Below, piece after piece: positions 18,220-27,480 of a stretch of 64,000 nucleotides of DNA. This DNA comes from an uncultured Candidatus Saccharibacteria bacterium (GTDB lineage Bacteria > Patescibacteriota > Minisyncoccia > UBA6257 > JACRHY01), in the NCBI GenBank assembly GCA_964360035.1, contig CAYHUJ010000001.1, positions 2,176-66,175 of the forward strand, in the 5' to 3' direction. The notes beneath the pieces are model-generated. The model made no database searches. It saw only the letters and a program-made list of their open reading frames with translations, and was not told the origin of the DNA. Position numbers and translations under genes: made by a program. Within the stretch, counting starts at the first letter, position 1. Every line of letters begins with the position of its first letter.

Positions 18220-18627
18220 TCATTCCCTGTTTAAAACTTTCGTTCCGGAGGCGATGGCGCCGCCGACGAGCAGAAAGATAATCCCCGTCGCGAGGACGGA
18301 CTTGTCCCAGGCGCCGAAATTCGCCGCCGCCGTCGTCACGGCCATCAGAAAGAAAGCGCCGATAATGGCGCAAAGACGGGCGGTAATCCCGCCGGCGAGT
18401 GTTGCGCCGAAAGGCGGCGGCGGCTTTTTTTCCGCCGCGGCAATGATTCTCGCGATTTTAATTTCCAGCGCGAAGCAAAGCAACCACGTCGTGGCGGCGA
18501 TGACGTAAAACCAGAAAAGCAATTTCGTTCCGTCGGCAAGCGCCGCGGCGGCGGATTCGCCGGAGAAGGCCGCGACAAAAAGCATTATCACGGTAAAACC
18601 GAACGCTCCGACTGAAGCGCAAATCAT
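18220..18627 (-). CDS. Orphan 4-TM membrane protein (paralog B)
   Basis: AGGAG SD; ATGA overlap with the upstream gene. Confidence 0.7.
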   Translation of the reverse strand: MICASVGAFGFTVIMLFVAAFSGESAAAALADGTKLLFWFYVIAATTWLLCFALEIKIARIIAAAEKKPPPPFGATLAGGITARLCAIIGAFFLMAVTTAAANFGAWDKSVLATGIIFLLVGGAIASGTKVLNRE

Positions 18628-19067
18628 CGTTTTCTCCTTTCTTGTTTTTGGCCGCCATCGTTCTTTTCGTTTTTGCCGTTGTTTTCAAGAGCGAAAAGCG
18701 AACCGTTTAGGGCGAACGCGAAAAGAAACAATCCGGCGCCCGTTAGAATGTTCGGCCAAAGCCAGCGCACCGCTCCGCCTCCGCTTTCAATTGATTCGCT
18801 CAATAGATAAGCGGCGCCGATAAAGCATCCTCGGACGGCCGCCTTCCCGGCCAATTTCAGAAAAATATTTCCGCCGACGACCCCCGTTATTTCTTTCCCG
18901 CCGGTGCGGACAATGTCTATGCCGACGGCCAGAAACCACAAAATCGTCAGAGCGACGTACCAGCAAAACAGAAAATCGGCCGCGCCGAGAAACACGGCAT
19001 AAAACGGTTCGCCGGTAATCAGCCAGCGGCCGGCGCCGTATAAAATCGCGATAGCCAGACCAACCAT
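18624..19067 (-). CDS. Orphan 4-TM membrane protein (paralog A)
   Basis: AAGGAGG SD; hydrophobic helices. Confidence 0.7.
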   Translation of the reverse strand: MVGLAIAILYGAGRWLITGEPFYAVFLGAADFLFCWYVALTILWFLAVGIDIVRTGGKEITGVVGGNIFLKLAGKAAVRGCFIGAAYLLSESIESGGGAVRWLWPNILTGAGLFLFAFALNGSLFALENNGKNEKNDGGQKQERRKR

Positions 19068-19310
19068 CTTCCGCCTCCTTATTTGGGGTGTTATAGGACT
19101 GAATTTATTAGAACGCTTTTTACCGCTCTTTTCAAGTCAATGTATATACGGAAAGGCTTTTCGGTAAAAATTAAAAAATTCTTTAGCCGCTAAAGAAGCG
19201 CGGCTGTATAGATTTTCGTAAATCCTTTGATGCCGGCATATTCGCGACGTTGACGATGAAAAAACTCCATAAAGCGGGGTTTTTATGGAGTCCGGAAGGT
19301 ATCTGGCATT

Positions 19311-20558
19311 ATGCGCAAAAATATCCTAAAATCATTTTCAATGAAGTATCTTCTTGGAGCGTTATTTTTGGTTGTTTCCGGCGCCGGATTTTTTTTATTT
19401 TGGCGGGCGGACAACGTTTCCGAGTTCGCCCTTTTTTCCGCTTCCACCACTCCCGCGGAAGTCCAGCCGGCCGGAAATCCGAAAAATTCCGAAATCAAGC
19501 CCGGCGCCGACATTGAACCGCAAAAACCGCTGGTAAATCCGCCGGCGAAAATAAAAGCGGTTTACGCCACCAGCTGGGTCGCCGGCACGCCGTCAATGTT
19601 TGAACGCCTCGTCAACATCGCCAAAACCACCGAAATAAACGCCATCGTCATTGACGTTAAAGATTACTCCGGATATGTCGCTTACGACATCAAAAATGAC
19701 GCGGCGGAGCGGTATAAAGCGAAAGAAATCAGGATTCCCAAAATAAATTCCTTGATAAAGCGCCTGCACGACGGCAATATTTACGTCATCGCCAGAATCA
19801 GCGTTTTCCAGGACCCGCGGCTGGCGGCGGCCCGTCCCGATTTGGCGGTTAAAAGCAAAAAAAACGGCAAAACGTGGCGCGACAAGAAAAATCTTTCGTG
19901 GGTTGATGCGGCTTCCGAAGAGGCGTGGGAATATAACATCGCCGTCGCCAAAGACGCGGCCGGCCGGGGATTTGACGAAATAAATTTTGATTATATCCGC
20001 TTTCCTTCGGACGGAAATCTTAACGACGCCGATTTCCCTTTTTGGAACGAAAAATCGCCGCGCCGCGAAACGCTCCAAAAATTTTTTCGCCGCCTCAACG
20101 AGGAACTGTCGGGCATTCCCATCTCCGCCGATCTTTTCGGGCTGACGACCACCGGCGCCGACGATTTGGGAATCGGCCAGGTGCTGGAAGACGCTTTCGG
20201 AAATTTTGATTACGTCGCGCCGATGGTTTATCCGTCGCATTTCGCGAACGGCACTTTCGGATTCAAAAATCCCGCCGCTCATCCTTACGAAGTCGTCAAA
20301 AATTCAATGGAGAGCGCCTCTAAGAGGCTTGACGCTTTTTATAACGCGACGACGACGCGGGCGGAAATAAATAATTCAAATTCCGCGGTCCGCTTTTCAA
20401 AATTGCGGCCGTGGCTTCAGGATTTTGACCTCGGAGCCGATTATGACGCTAAAATGGTCAAAGCCCAGATTGAGGCGAGCGCGGAGGCGAAGAGTGCCGG
20501 TTGGATGCTTTGGGACCCGAAAAACGTCTATACGAAAGAGGCTTTAATAAGCGAATAA
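19311..20558 (+). CDS. Putative glycoside hydrolase (DUF4015-like), membrane-anchored
   Basis: INAIVIDVKD, GFDEINFDYIRFP, PMVYPSH and RPWLQDF. Confidence 0.85.
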   Translation: MRKNILKSFSMKYLLGALFLVVSGAGFFLFWRADNVSEFALFSASTTPAEVQPAGNPKNSEIKPGADIEPQKPLVNPPAKIKAVYATSWVAGTPSMFERLVNIAKTTEINAIVIDVKDYSGYVAYDIKNDAAERYKAKEIRIPKINSLIKRLHDGNIYVIARISVFQDPRLAAARPDLAVKSKKNGKTWRDKKNLSWVDAASEEAWEYNIAVAKDAAGRGFDEINFDYIRFPSDGNLNDADFPFWNEKSPRRETLQKFFRRLNEELSGIPISADLFGLTTTGADDLGIGQVLEDAFGNFDYVAPMVYPSHFANGTFGFKNPAAHPYEVVKNSMESASKRLDAFYNATTTRAEINNSNSAVRFSKLRPWLQDFDLGADYDAKMVKAQIEASAEAKSAGWMLWDPKNVYTKEALISE

Positions 20559-20559
20559 A

Positions 20560-21279
20560 ATGGTCTACGAATATAAAACGGAAAAATTTTCCGGCCCGCT
20601 GGAGAAACTTCTGGAACTGATTGAAGGAAGAAAGCTGGACGTGTCCGAATTGAGTTTGGCGGAAGTGACCGCCGATTTTTTGAATTATCTCAAAACAATC
20701 GGCGCCGTTTCGCCGAAAATCTTGGCCGATTTCGTCGTCGTCGCTTCCCGCCTCGTTTTAATAAAATCCAAAGCTCTTTTGCCGGCTCTCCAGATCAGCG
20801 AAGAGGAGCGGGCGGACATCAAAGACCTTGAAAACCGGCTGAAAATTTACCGCGAAGTCAAAAACGCCGGCGTCGGTGTCCGGCGCCTGTGGGAGAGCCG
20901 CGCCGCCTTGTTCTCGCGCGAGCTTTTTACTAAACTGTCATGGTCGCCGGACGGAAAGTTGTTTTTTCCGGGTGAAAACTTAAATGCCGACGCTCTCGCC
21001 GCCGCCGCCAAAAATATTCTGAACATTCTTCAGGAATTCGCCCGCGAAACGGAGAACGTCAAGCTGGAAATCGTCACCCTGGAAGACAAAATGAGCGAAC
21101 TCGTTTCCCGCGTGGCGGAAACGGCGCGTTTCGGATTTAAAGAACTGACCGACAAAAAAAATAAAATGGAGATCATCGTCACCTTTCTGGCCATTCTCCA
21201 TCTTTTGAAAGAGCAGCTTATCAGCGTTGAGCAGGAAAACGCTTTTGCCGACATCATCATCGCGAAAAACCGCCCCTGA
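20560..21279 (+). CDS. scpA: Segregation and condensation protein A
   Basis: FSGPLEKLLELIE, KSKALLP and FLAILHL. Confidence 0.92.
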   Translation: MVYEYKTEKFSGPLEKLLELIEGRKLDVSELSLAEVTADFLNYLKTIGAVSPKILADFVVVASRLVLIKSKALLPALQISEEERADIKDLENRLKIYREVKNAGVGVRRLWESRAALFSRELFTKLSWSPDGKLFFPGENLNADALAAAAKNILNILQEFARETENVKLEIVTLEDKMSELVSRVAETARFGFKELTDKKNKMEIIVTFLAILHLLKEQLISVEQENAFADIIIAKNRP

Positions 21280-21296
21280 TCTCGTTTATAAAAATT

Positions 21297-21875
21297 ATGG
21301 AAGAAAACAAAAATAATCCCGAAACGGAAAAAATCACGGCCGCTCTGGAGGCGATTTTGTTCATTTACGGCGAACCGCTTGAATTCAAAAAAGCGCTCGC
21401 TCTTTTGGGAACGGAAAAAGAAAAATTATCGGAAGCTTACAAGTCGCTGGAGCGGTCTCTTGACGCCGAAAACCGGGGGCTGACGCTGGTTTATTCCGGA
21501 GATTACGACAGGGCGCAACTGGCCACCAAGGCGGATTTTTCTCCTCTGGCCGCCGCCGTCCTGAAATCGGAGTTGAGCGAAAACCTGACTTCCGCCGCCA
21601 TTGACGCTCTGACCATCGTCTGTTACGCCGGTCCCGTTTCCCGCGCGGAAATTGACTACATCCGCGGCGTTAATTCCGGTTTTATTCTGCGAAGTCTGAT
21701 GATTCGGGGTCTTGTTGACCGCGTTCCCCATCCCCAAAAAGGCAACGCCGTTTTATATCAGCCGAGTTTTGGACTGCTGAAATTGCTGGGCGTCGGAAAG
21801 GCGGAACGCCTTCCCGAATATCAAAAATTCCGGGATATTTTTAAAATAACGCAAGAGAAAAATGGAGAGGAGTAA
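21297..21875 (+). CDS. scpB: Segregation and condensation protein B
   Basis: LEAILF and PVSRAEIDYIRGVNS. Confidence 0.92.
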   Translation: MEENKNNPETEKITAALEAILFIYGEPLEFKKALALLGTEKEKLSEAYKSLERSLDAENRGLTLVYSGDYDRAQLATKADFSPLAAAVLKSELSENLTSAAIDALTIVCYAGPVSRAEIDYIRGVNSGFILRSLMIRGLVDRVPHPQKGNAVLYQPSFGLLKLLGVGKAERLPEYQKFRDIFKITQEKNGEE

Positions 21876-22920
21876 TTTTTTAAGTTTCGCTTTCGCGGCG
21901 ACGGTGATGGCGTCCATTTTACTTTCGGGTTTTTTTGCCGGCGGCGAAAACGGCAATGCGCAAAATCCGGCGGATTTTTCGGCGATTGCCGCCGATAAAA
22001 TGGAAAATTCCATTTCGGCAACCAGCGTTTCCGTTCCCGAGCGAAACGGCGAATCGTCCGGGCCGGAAGCGGCTTTTGTTTCTCCGCGAAGCGAAGAACT
22101 GACCGAAGCGGCGCTTGCCGGCGCGGCTCCGGTGGGTAAACTTTTTTCCGAAAAAAACGCCGGTTTACCGTTGCGCGACTCCGGCGTTGAAAATCCGGAC
22201 GTCGGCGCCGCCGCGGCGGCGGCTTTTGACATTGAAAGCGGCTACGTTCTTTTTTCTTATAACGGCGAACGGCGCTGGCCGACGGCGTCTCTTGTCAAGC
22301 TTCTGACGGCCGTCGTCGCGATTGAAAAAATAGGGGAAGATTCGGCCGTTGCCGTCAGCGAACGCGCCGTCGCTTCCGAGGGGCTGGCCGGCGGATTAAA
22401 AGCCGGCGAACGCTATCCGGCCGGCGATTTGATAAAACTGATGCTTGCCGCTTCCAGCAACGACGCCGCTTTTGCGCTGGCGGAGCATTACGGTTATGAA
22501 AATTTCATTGCGGCGATGCGGGAAAAAACCGCCGCTCTGGAAATGCGGAATACCTTCGTTTCCGATCCGACCGGCTTGTCGGTTTTAAACCAATCCACTC
22601 CGCCCGATCTGGAAAAACTGGTAATTTACATTCTGATAAAACATCCGCAAATTTTTGACGCTACCCGCCGGCAGAAAATTACCGTCAGGGAGATCGGTTC
22701 CGGAACGAAAAAAACCGCCGTGAACATCAATCTTTTCGCCGGCCGAAGCGATTTTTTGGGCGGCAAAACCGGATACACCGATGAATCCGGCGGCAATCTC
22801 GCTTCGCTTTTCGCGTTAAACGGCCGCCGGATTTTATTCGTCGTTTTCGGAGCCGCCGACCGGTTCGGAGAAACGGAGCGGATGTTAAGCTGGATTAAAA
22901 AAGCGTATAATTTCAATTAA
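21862..22920 (+). CDS. D-alanyl-D-alanine carboxypeptidase (peptidase S11)
   Basis: SxxK (ASLVK), SxN (SSN) and KTG motifs. Confidence 0.9.
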   Translation: MERSNFLSFAFAATVMASILLSGFFAGGENGNAQNPADFSAIAADKMENSISATSVSVPERNGESSGPEAAFVSPRSEELTEAALAGAAPVGKLFSEKNAGLPLRDSGVENPDVGAAAAAAFDIESGYVLFSYNGERRWPTASLVKLLTAVVAIEKIGEDSAVAVSERAVASEGLAGGLKAGERYPAGDLIKLMLAASSNDAAFALAEHYGYENFIAAMREKTAALEMRNTFVSDPTGLSVLNQSTPPDLEKLVIYILIKHPQIFDATRRQKITVREIGSGTKKTAVNINLFAGRSDFLGGKTGYTDESGGNLASLFALNGRRILFVVFGAADRFGETERMLSWIKKAYNFN

Positions 22921-22935
22921 TTTACGGAACTTGCG

Positions 22936-23979
22936 ATGGAAATTCTGCAATCAATCAGGGTATTGGGAACAATCACGGCGGCCTTCGCTCTCGCTTTGCT
23001 GTTTACGCCGGTTTTGACGAAAATTCTTTTTAAATATCAAATCGCCAAGCAAATCCGGTCAAGCGAATCCGCCCCGATTTTTTCGCGAATGCACCAGAAA
23101 AAAGCGGGAACGCCGACGATGGGCGGCATTTTAATCTGGTTTACGGTTTTCGTTTTGGCGGTGGCTTTTGCCGTCCTGGACTGGCTTTTTGACGGCTTTT
23201 TCGGCTACCTGAATTTCGTAGACCGCGCTCAGACCTATCTTCCGCTGGCCGCGTTGCTTATCGCCGCCGTCATCGGCCTTATTGACGATCTTTTCGGCGT
23301 GATGAAGAAAGGCGAAAAAGGCGGAGGGCTGACCGTGGCGCATAAGCTGGCCATTTACGCCGTCATTGCCGCCTTGGGAGCGTGGTGGTTTTATTTTCGT
23401 CTGGACTGGGACGTTCTCTACGTTCCCTTTTTCGGCTACTACGAAATCGGACTCTGGTACGTCCCCATTTTTATGTTTGTCATCGTCGCCAGCGCTTTTT
23501 CCGCCAACGAAACGGACGGGTTGGACGGTCTGGCGGGAGGGGTGCTTTTATTCACCTTCGGAGCGTTGACGACGGTTTCTTTCGCGCTCGGCCGTTACGA
23601 TCTGGCGGTGATGAGCGGGGCGATAATGGGAGCGCTCTTGGCTTTTTTGTGGTTCAACGTCTATCCGGCGCGGTTTTTTATGGGGGACACCGGCTCAATG
23701 TCGCTCGGAATAACGATGGGAGTCATCGCCATGCTGACCAACTCCGCTCTTTTTTTGCCGTTTTTCGCCGTTATTCCGGTCATTGAGTCGCTCTCGGTCA
23801 TCGTTCAGCTGGCCAGTAAAAAACTTTTCGGCGGGAAAATTTTCCTTTCCACCCCCGTCCATCATCACTTTGAAGCGATTGGCTGGCCGGAAACGAAAGT
23901 CACGATGCGCTTTTGGATCGTCTCTGTCGTTTTTACCGGCTTGGGAATGGCTTTATTTTTCCTCGCGAGGTTTTTTTAA
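22936..23979 (+). CDS. mraY: Phospho-N-acetylmuramoyl-pentapeptide transferase
   Basis: KAGTPTMGG, TDGLDGL, FMGDTGS and HHHFE. Confidence 0.96.
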   Translation: MEILQSIRVLGTITAAFALALLFTPVLTKILFKYQIAKQIRSSESAPIFSRMHQKKAGTPTMGGILIWFTVFVLAVAFAVLDWLFDGFFGYLNFVDRAQTYLPLAALLIAAVIGLIDDLFGVMKKGEKGGGLTVAHKLAIYAVIAALGAWWFYFRLDWDVLYVPFFGYYEIGLWYVPIFMFVIVASAFSANETDGLDGLAGGVLLFTFGALTTVSFALGRYDLAVMSGAIMGALLAFLWFNVYPARFFMGDTGSMSLGITMGVIAMLTNSALFLPFFAVIPVIESLSVIVQLASKKLFGGKIFLSTPVHHHFEAIGWPETKVTMRFWIVSVVFTGLGMALFFLARFF

Positions 23980-24063
23980 GAACGCCGCTGGTCGTCGGGA
24001 TGGTTCGCTCAACATCGATTTTTTAAAAAACCGCCCTATGCGCGTGCGCATTACCTAGTTGCC

Positions 24064-24128
24064 TTGACAAACTATCAGAAAAGAATTTTAATTAAAAAAT
24101 TAGTTCGTTAACAAAAAAACTGAGGAGG
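24064..24128 (+). promoter_or_regulatory. Promoter, boxA-like motif and SD of the two-gene orphan unit
   Basis: TTGACA (24064) and TTTAAT; GTTCGTTAACAA (24103-24114); GGAGG (24124-24128). Confidence 0.5.
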
Positions 24129-24134
24129 GCAGTT

Positions 24135-24452
24135 ATGGAATGTCATGGTTCAATGGAGATGATGAGGATAGAAAAACGTCGCGATCCGCTTTGGTGGATC
24201 GGGGTTTTTGTGGGTTTGATAACCCACTGCCCTTATTGCGGCGGTGAGATAGATTTGGCAGCCGATGAAATCATCCGGCATTTTTGCCGACGGCTGCCCC
24301 GGACGGATCAGCCAAAAATCAACGTCTCCGTCAATGAAGACGGAGCGGTTTTGATTTTCTCCTCCCAAAGGGGAGACGGAATCAGAGTAGCTGGGCGGCT
24401 TCTGGAGCTCGGCATCCCGGCGGGCAAGATATTTGTGTTCGCCCCCAACTAA
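24135..24452 (+). CDS. Orphan protein with CPYCG...HFC zinc-ribbon-like motif
   Basis: Strong SD; CxxC and HxC. Confidence 0.6.
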   Translation: MECHGSMEMMRIEKRRDPLWWIGVFVGLITHCPYCGGEIDLAADEIIRHFCRRLPRTDQPKINVSVNEDGAVLIFSSQRGDGIRVAGRLLELGIPAGKIFVFAPN

Positions 24453-24464
24453 AAGGAGGAAAAG

Positions 24465-24668
24465 ATGAAGAAAAAGAAATGGGCCAGGGACGGCTGGATG
24501 AGTGCCCTTCGGAATTACTCTTGCCGTTTCTGCGGCAAGGCAATCCCGAAGGGAACCCGGTATTTCCGGGTGGCCTCGGAACGGGGGCCATACAACCCGT
24601 TTAACCCTCCGCCAGGCGCGTACTGCGAGGAGGCCTGCGTCGGGCAGGAGCACTGGAAGGGGGTGTAA
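24465..24668 (+). CDS. Orphan small zinc-finger protein (CRFCGKAI..G..YF...YCEEAC)
   Basis: AGGAGG SD; treble-clef-like Cys pattern; terminator follows. Confidence 0.65.
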   Translation: MKKKKWARDGWMSALRNYSCRFCGKAIPKGTRYFRVASERGPYNPFNPPPGAYCEEACVGQEHWKGV

Positions 24669-24675
24669 GTTTGTC

Positions 24676-24704
24676 GGCGGGGATAAAAACCCCGCCCTTT
24701 TTTT
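24676..24704 (+). terminator. Intrinsic terminator
   Basis: GGCGGGG-ATAAAAA-CCCCGCC followed by a T-run. Confidence 0.75.
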
Positions 24705-24753
24705 ATTTATGATATGATTATTTTTTCCGGCGATTTTTGCTATAATGTTTCCA

Positions 24754-26274
24754 ATGACCATTATTATCAAAGGAGCTCAGATTATTGACGGGACCGGCAA
24801 ACCGCCGACCGTGGCCGATGTTCTGATCAAGGGCGACCGGATAAGCGCCATCGGCGATTTTTCCGCCAAAAAAGCCGAAGAAGTGATTGACCTGCGCGGC
24901 ACGGGAGCGTTTCTTACTCCCGGATTCATTGACGTCAATACCGATTCCGACCACTACTTAAGCATTTTTACCAATCCCGAACAGGAAAATTTCCTGCTGC
25001 AGGGAGTAACGACAATTATCGGCGGAAATTGCGGTTCTTCGCTGGCGCCGCTTATCCGGGGCACCCTTGAATCAATAAGAAAATGGACCGATACCGATTT
25101 GATAAACGTCAACTGGCAGTCGGTGGCCGAATTTCTTTCGGAATTGGAAAAAATAAAACTCGGGGTTAATTTCGGCACTCTCATCGGCCACTCCACCGTC
25201 CGCCGCGGCCTTTTGGGAGAAATACCGCGCGATCTTTCCGCCGAAGAAATGCGCGTCGTTAAAAATCTCGTGGAAAAAGGGCTGGAAGAAGGCGCTTTCG
25301 GCCTGTCCACCGGCTTAAGCTACGCTCACGCCAAAATGACGCCCTACCTTGAAATTAAAACGCTCACGGAAGCGGTCGCGAAATATAAGGGGGTTTACGC
25401 CACTCATTTGCGCAACGAACGCAGTAAAATCGCCCAATCCGTGGAGGAAACCGTCAAAGTCGCCAAAGAGAACGGCCTGAAAGCGGAAATAAGCCATCTG
25501 CGGCCGATACTCGGCTTTGAGCGGGAATTTGAAGAAGCGCTAAAACTGATAGACGAAAGCTTAACCGACGCCGACGTTACTTTTGACGCTTATCCTTTTG
25601 ACAGCAGCGTTGTGCCGGTTTACACTCTTCTGCCGAGCTGGGCCCGTCACGGAAATCTGGAAAAAATGGTTGAGCTGCTTAAAACCGCCGCCAATCGTGA
25701 ACGGATAATCGGGGATATGCCGAAGCTGACCGGCGAAGAAATAACGATTGCCGCCGCGCCGAAAAACGAATTTTTGATAGGAAAAACGCTGAAAGAATTT
25801 TCCGAAAATCAGGGGCTGTCGCCGCTTGAAGGCGTTATCCGGCTGATGCGGGTGACCAATCTGCGCGCCGTCGTTTTTTACCGGAACGTCAATTTTGATT
25901 ATCTGAAAAAAGCCCTCGGCCACGAGCGTTGTATCGTCGCTTCCAACGGCGGAGCGATGCCGGCGGGGCGGGCGGGGATCGCCGCCGAAAAAGTTTTGAA
26001 CCACGAACGTTCTTACAATACGTTCCCGAAATTTTTGGAAATCGTTTCCGGCGAAAATCAAATGCCGATTGAAAAAGCCGTCAATAAAATCACCGGATTG
26101 CCCGCCCGAAAATTCGGAATTAAAGACAGTGGTATCATCGCCGAAGGAAAATGCGCCGATTTGGCCGTCATCCAGAACAATAAAATAAGCGCCGTCATCG
26201 TCAACGGAAAAATCGCCGTCAAAAACGGGGAGTTTCAAAACGTTTCCGCCGGAAAAGTTTTGCGCCGGAAATAA
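24754..26274 (+). CDS. N-acyl-D-amino-acid deacylase-like amidohydrolase
   Basis: IIDGTG, PGFID, QGVTTIIGGNCG, GAFGLSTGL and YATHLR; the HxH metal motif reads NTD (degenerate). Confidence 0.85.
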   Translation: MTIIIKGAQIIDGTGKPPTVADVLIKGDRISAIGDFSAKKAEEVIDLRGTGAFLTPGFIDVNTDSDHYLSIFTNPEQENFLLQGVTTIIGGNCGSSLAPLIRGTLESIRKWTDTDLINVNWQSVAEFLSELEKIKLGVNFGTLIGHSTVRRGLLGEIPRDLSAEEMRVVKNLVEKGLEEGAFGLSTGLSYAHAKMTPYLEIKTLTEAVAKYKGVYATHLRNERSKIAQSVEETVKVAKENGLKAEISHLRPILGFEREFEEALKLIDESLTDADVTFDAYPFDSSVVPVYTLLPSWARHGNLEKMVELLKTAANRERIIGDMPKLTGEEITIAAAPKNEFLIGKTLKEFSENQGLSPLEGVIRLMRVTNLRAVVFYRNVNFDYLKKALGHERCIVASNGGAMPAGRAGIAAEKVLNHERSYNTFPKFLEIVSGENQMPIEKAVNKITGLPARKFGIKDSGIIAEGKCADLAVIQNNKISAVIVNGKIAVKNGEFQNVSAGKVLRRK

Positions 26275-26299
26275 AAAGCCCGTTCCGCGCAATAAATCA

Positions 26300-27436
26300 A
26301 TGGCGAAAATATTGCGAAAACTGAAAATTCCGGCGATAGGCGGGGGAGCGCGCGGGCGCAACCCCGATTATTTCATCGTCGTCATCGCCGCCGCCATCGT
26401 TCTTTTCGGCCTGGCGATGCTTTCAAGCGCGTCGTCCGATCTGGGAAAAATAAGATTTGGGGACACTTATTATTATCTCAAGCATCAGGTCGCTTATGGA
26501 TTTTCCATCGGCGCCGCCGGTTTCGTTTTCGGAGCCGCGATTTACTACCGGCGCTGGCAAAAATTGGCCGCGATTTTGCTCGCCGTCAACGTCGTTTTTC
26601 TTCTGGCAATTTTTCTGGGATTCGGATTTAAGGCGGGGGGAGCGGAACGGTGGCTGAAAATCGGGCCTTTTCTGTTTCAGCCGTCGGAAATGCTCAAGCT
26701 GACTTTTATGTTTTATTTGGCCGCCTGGCTCGCCGCCTCCGCGAAAAGAACTAAAAGTTTTTGGGAGGGATTTTTGCCGCTCATCGTTTTAGCCGGAGCC
26801 ATCGCCCTGCTTTTGATTTTCCAGCCCTCAACCAGCACCGTCGTAATTATTCTGTTTTCGGGGGCTATCGTTTATTTTCTCAGCGGCGCCAAGCTGCGCT
26901 ACATTGCCGGTCTGTTCCTGCTGGGAACGGCCGGGTTTTTGTCGTTGATTTTTATCTCGCCCTACCGCTTTGAGAGAATGACGGCGTTTATGAATCCCGC
27001 CGCCGACGTCCAAGGGGCGGGTTTTCACATCAATCAGGCGCTTATCGCCGTCGGTTCCGGCGGTTTGTGGGGAACGGGATACGGGCAATCCACCAGCAAA
27101 TTCAGCTATCTTCCGGAGCCGATAGGCGATTCCATATTCGTCGTCATCGCCGAGGAGCTGGGTTTTATCGGGGCGGCTGTTTTTACGGCAGCGTTCTTTT
27201 TTTTGGTTTTCCGGGGCTTTCTCGTCGCCTGGCGGTGTCGGGAGCAATTCGGGCGGCTTCTCGCGGCGGGAATCGTTTCCGTCATCGCCATTCAGACCGT
27301 CATTCACATCGGGGCCAATATCGGCATTTTGCCGCTCACCGGCGTCCCTCTGCCGCTTGTCAGCTACGGAGGCACGTCGCTCGCGGTTTTTATGACCGCG
27401 CTGGGAATTCTCGTCAATATCTCAAAATACTCCTGA
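26300..27436 (+). CDS. ftsW: SEDS peptidoglycan polymerase FtsW
   Basis: GAERW, FQPSE, LPEPIGDSIF and GVPLPLVSYGG; directly upstream of murG. Confidence 0.92.
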   Translation: MAKILRKLKIPAIGGGARGRNPDYFIVVIAAAIVLFGLAMLSSASSDLGKIRFGDTYYYLKHQVAYGFSIGAAGFVFGAAIYYRRWQKLAAILLAVNVVFLLAIFLGFGFKAGGAERWLKIGPFLFQPSEMLKLTFMFYLAAWLAASAKRTKSFWEGFLPLIVLAGAIALLLIFQPSTSTVVIILFSGAIVYFLSGAKLRYIAGLFLLGTAGFLSLIFISPYRFERMTAFMNPAADVQGAGFHINQALIAVGSGGLWGTGYGQSTSKFSYLPEPIGDSIFVVIAEELGFIGAAVFTAAFFFLVFRGFLVAWRCREQFGRLLAAGIVSVIAIQTVIHIGANIGILPLTGVPLPLVSYGGTSLAVFMTALGILVNISKYS

Positions 27437-27480
27437 AGCAAACGTTGGCGGAAAGCCGATTTTCCTGTTAAAATTAACTC

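Noticed and set aside
18125-18373. N-terminal extension of the VIT1 ORF
   Set aside because: Runs through a terminator palindrome and the neighbouring gene; VIT1 motifs start after 18124.
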